From a virus, in the IMG/VR virus record IMGVR_UViG_3300022696_000100: 43,747 bases of DNA. The stretch is one strand, 5' to 3'. Under the pieces are notes generated by a model that saw only the letters and a program-made list of their open reading frames with translations, made no database searches and was not told the DNA's origin. A program made the translations under genes and the position numbers. This document shows, one piece after another, positions 41,349-43,747 of this stretch (within the stretch, counting starts at the first letter, position 1; each line of letters starts with the position of its first letter).

Positions 41349-41523
41349 GTTGTTACATACAGTTCTGCTCTCCCTTATCTTGGCGGCTCTGATCGCTCTG
41401 ATAAATACCGTCAATGATAAGGGAATTAACATGCACCTGTACCAGAAAATTGAAACCGAGCACTGTTCTTGGGATGTTGAGGCTAAATCGGGAACAGTCA
41501 TTAACATGAAAGGAGGTAACTAA
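41332..41523 (+). CDS. Small membrane protein (63 aa)
   Basis: N-terminal TMD LLHTVLLSLILAALIALI. Confidence 0.5.
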   Translation: MSLFFRLLHTVLLSLILAALIALINTVNDKGINMHLYQKIETEHCSWDVEAKSGTVINMKGGN

Positions 41524-41738
41524 TGGGGCACAAAATTCAATACGAACTATCAGGCCCGGATGGGAACGTTTTCGCGGTGATGAGTTATGCAAGAAAATTG
41601 GGTGAAGAATTAGACATGCCCGTGAAACCCACTATCGAGGAAATGACCCAAGGTGATTACAATCATGTACTCAGCGTATTTAATGAGCATTTTGGTGACT
41701 ACGTTGAACTGACAATGAATGGAGTACCCGTATTTTGA
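41523..41738 (+). CDS. Hypothetical protein (71 aa)
   Basis: GAAAGGAGG upstream. TAATG coupling. Confidence 0.6.
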   Translation: MGHKIQYELSGPDGNVFAVMSYARKLGEELDMPVKPTIEEMTQGDYNHVLSVFNEHFGDYVELTMNGVPVF

Positions 41739-41899
41739 TCGGCCTCGATACGGGGTCGTGGCAAATCCAGGTAGGAGCGTTTGTAATACTATTATTGGTG
41801 GAACCGGCATGGAAAATCGTCATACGCTTATTGAAGGACAATACAGATGAGCTATTAATGATCATCGTATTCTGCGCCATAGCTCTATTCCGCAGATAA
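41735..41899 (+). CDS. Possible 54-aa two-TMD peptide (TTG start)
   Basis: Hand translation gives (M)IGLDTGSWQIQVGAFVILLLVEPAWKIVIRLLKDNTDELLMIIVFCAIALFRR. Overlaps the preceding stop. Weak SD. Confidence 0.25.
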   Translation: MIGLDTGSWQIQVGAFVILLLVEPAWKIVIRLLKDNTDELLMIIVFCAIALFRR

Positions 41900-41924
41900 A
41901 GTTTACTTCAATTAGTAAAATGCC

Positions 41925-41953
41925 TTTACGTTTTGCTTTCAATAGTATACTAT
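41925..41953 (+). promoter_or_regulatory. Possible internal promoter upstream of the DUF932 gene
   Basis: TTTACG (41925-41930), then either a 15-nt spacer to TATACT (41946-41951) or a 17-nt spacer to TACTAT. Confidence 0.3.
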
Positions 41954-41998
41954 AAACTAGAACCATAAAAAATAACCCAAAACGGCAAAGGAGGAAAA

Positions 41999-42715
41999 AT
42001 GGCTAAAACGTATGACATTCCAAAGGGGGATTTGAAGCATTTACATACCCCCAAACCGACCCCCACTTGGTCGCCTATCAGCCACTTTGATGTGGTTGAT
42101 CAGACCGAAAAGGCGATTGAGGACGCAGGGATCAGCGTAATTACCTCAAGGCTGGACATCAACGGGCCCGGCACTTACATGTTCGGGCAGATGACGTTGG
42201 AAACTTCCGGCCACAATGCCACACGCTTCATGCTGGGATTTAGGAATTCCACCAACAAGCACATGGCAGTGGGATTTACCGCTGGTCTTCACGTTTATGT
42301 ATGCTCCAACATGATGTTCCAAGGTGACTACATGACCTTTAAACGTCATACCAGCAGTCTTAATCTCGAACGCGTGTATGAATTGGCGAAGGAAGCTGTA
42401 GGCATTCTGCCCAAGTATAAGGAGGTGATGGACGAAAAATTCGTCGGGTATCGCCATCAGCACGTAGGAGTGGACACTTTTAAGAAGATGACGTTCGACA
42501 TGATGAAGGCAGGCGTTGTCAATCCTAAGATGTTCGGCTCCTTCTTGTCCGCTATGAACGAGGAAATTAACTTGGCACATGGCTCCAGAACTTTGGCCGT
42601 CGTTCACCACGGGGTAACCCGGTTAAACCGGAAACAATCGCTGGAACGGATCATTGACATAACCCCGCGGTTGACCAACATTACCGATGATTATTATGCC
42701 CGATTGGCGGCATAA
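41999..42715 (+). CDS. DUF932-family protein
   Basis: LGFRNSTNKHMAVGFTAGLHVYVCSNMMFQGDYMTFKRHT matches the DUF932 core (GLRNS.DKS....G.....VC.N......K.RHT). Confidence 0.65.
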   Translation: MAKTYDIPKGDLKHLHTPKPTPTWSPISHFDVVDQTEKAIEDAGISVITSRLDINGPGTYMFGQMTLETSGHNATRFMLGFRNSTNKHMAVGFTAGLHVYVCSNMMFQGDYMTFKRHTSSLNLERVYELAKEAVGILPKYKEVMDEKFVGYRHQHVGVDTFKKMTFDMMKAGVVNPKMFGSFLSAMNEEINLAHGSRTLAVVHHGVTRLNRKQSLERIIDITPRLTNITDDYYARLAA

Positions 42716-42766
42716 ACCCACAACCGCCCCTCTTCGGAGGGGCACAACCCTTAAGGAGGGAAAATC

Positions 42767-43285
42767 ATGAGTATTTATCTTTTGAACGCGGATGACATGA
42801 AACTCGAAGGCAAGTTCGAATCAACCCTGGATGCTGACCGTGCCGGCCAGAAATCCAAATTCAGCTACCTTGTAGTCAAAGAGGCCAAGGAATTGGAATC
42901 GTTTCCGGCAAAGGAACTGTGCAAACTCCGCCCGAACGTTGGCCTCTCCGTCATGAAGCCCGGCAGCCTGGGAGCGAAAGATAAGGCGTGTCTGGCTATA
43001 TGGGAAGCTGCAGAAAAATTGAAATTTGAAATCGTAAAGGAGGGGACGGCTACGGAGAAGAAAAAACCGGGCAAACCCCGGATGGGCAAGTACATCAAAA
43101 AACGCTTGCTGGAAGACGATTTCAAGGGCATGGATGAAGCGGCCATCATTAAGGAGGTTCGCAGTGCAAACATCAGCGAGAAAGACGCGGAAAAGGATGT
43201 TATGGACTGCGTTAAATGGTACCGCAGGGCGCTTCGGAAGGACATCGCAAAGGCTGATCCGAAAGCCAGCAGCCTGATGGATTAA
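42767..43285 (+). CDS. Hypothetical two-domain protein (172 aa); the C-terminal domain is paralogous to the 67-aa early protein
   Basis: TTAAGGAGGG upstream. Residues 106-154 (nt 43082 onward) align with the 39505..39708 product. Confidence 0.65.
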   Translation: MSIYLLNADDMKLEGKFESTLDADRAGQKSKFSYLVVKEAKELESFPAKELCKLRPNVGLSVMKPGSLGAKDKACLAIWEAAEKLKFEIVKEGTATEKKKPGKPRMGKYIKKRLLEDDFKGMDEAAIIKEVRSANISEKDAEKDVMDCVKWYRRALRKDIAKADPKASSLMD

Positions 43286-43317
43286 TACCCGCCAGCATAC
43301 ATCCTACCCATGCACGA

Positions 43318-43349
43318 AGGGCTCCTGCTGATCAGCAGGAGCCCTTTTT
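43318..43349. terminator. Terminator between the convergent early block and the primase-helicase gene
   Basis: Perfect 28-nt palindrome AGGGCTCCTGCTGA/TCAGCAGGAGCCCT (43318-43345), followed by TTTT on the + strand. Confidence 0.75.
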
Positions 43350-43354
43350 AGTGT

Positions 43355-43747
43355 TTAACCTAAGGTTTCCCAGGGTATAGGTGTCCGAGCATGTTCAGAA
43401 AATCGCTCTCTTAAACTTTCAATGGATTCGAACCTATAGACGTTATATTGAGGTACGCTTTCAGTAGCATTGACTTGATGCTTACTAAACGCGGTAGGAC
43501 CAAGAATTTTCTTGAGCATTCGGCCAAACCATATATCGGTATGAAGAGTGCCTCTGCTGTACTGCTGCTCATCATGAACCTTTTTGTAAGCAGCATACAT
43601 ATCTCTTATACGATGCTCTAGTTTTGTATCATTGGTAGGAGGATCGGTTAACGCAGAAAAATCGTCTGAAATATCTACAAAGGAGCCGGCTTGCAGTGAC
43701 ATATACACATAGTTTTCCAATGAAGTAAAAGACCGCCTCATTGCCTG
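43355..43747 (-). CDS. C-terminal part of the primase-polymerase/helicase gene (continuation of 2061..1)
   Basis: The track ORF 43355..43741 is open to the right edge. The last 99 nt duplicate 1-99 and the frame is continuous with the hand-translated ORF from 2061. Confidence 0.85.
   Translation of the reverse strand, partial: QAMRRSFTSLENYVYMSLQAGSFVDISDDFSALTDPPTNDTKLEHRIRDMYAAYKKVHDEQQYSRGTLHTDIWFGRMLKKILGPTAFSKHQVNATESVPQYNVYRFESIESLRERFSEHARTPIPWETLG
43649..43747. repeat. Terminal direct repeat, copy 2 (identical to 1..99)
   Basis: Same 99 bases as 1-99. Implies a 43,648-bp unit genome. Confidence 0.95.

Noticed and set aside
1-43747. A lysogeny module, tRNA genes, self-splicing introns or inteins, or stop-codon reassignment.
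   Set aside because: I found no integrase, recombinase or CI-like ORF and recognised no cloverleaf-like sequence. Polymerase, terminase, portal and helicase are of normal length and uninterrupted. All large genes are open in the standard code. A tRNA scan by software would still be worthwhile.

Overview
The window is one complete, circularly closed tailed-phage genome. Bases 1-99 are identical to 43649-43747, so the unit length is 43,648 bp. About 65 genes are read in the standard code. I recognised no tRNA, rRNA, CRISPR array, integrase or CI-type repressor.

There are four transcription blocks:
- Early block (39.4-43.3 kb, + strand): small genes behind a strong sigma70-like promoter.
- A lone minus-strand primase-polymerase/SF3-helicase gene of 784 aa. 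It spans the window junction (2061..1 continuing at 43747..43355). The ORF track misses it because no stop codon lies inside the left edge.
- Replication and nucleotide-metabolism block (2.4-12.85 kb, + strand): DUF2800 nuclease, DUF2815 SSB-like protein, family-A DNA polymerase, SNF2 helicase, then nucleoside deoxyribosyltransferase-like, HD, thymidylate-kinase-like, divergent ThyX-like and MazG-like enzymes, VRR-NUC nuclease, an Acb2-like small protein and a HAD phosphatase.
- Late block (38.7-13.0 kb, - strand), P22-type podovirus layout: an arginine-rich protein, TerS, TerL, portal, scaffold, coat, gp4-like and gp10-like proteins, four large putative ejection proteins, two paralogous tail fibres with C-terminal S74 chaperone domains, and a lysis cassette.

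Best candidates for new biology:
1. The nucleotide-pool island built around a ThyX-like enzyme with an altered active-site motif, which may be a non-canonical pyrimidine pathway.
2. The 1.1-kb control region (38.95-39.9 kb). It holds a 109-bp palindrome, five ATAAATGANATTCAT sites, a ~200-bp tract of ~90% A+T, and an insulated promoter-gene-terminator mini-cistron whose product has a paralogous domain elsewhere in the genome.
3. A protamine-like protein (29% Arg) heading the packaging operon.
4. A C-terminal GVEFE tag shared by the scaffold and a small neighbouring protein.
5. An Acb2-like putative cyclic-nucleotide sponge.

All family assignments come from motif recognition by eye and need HMM or structure confirmation.
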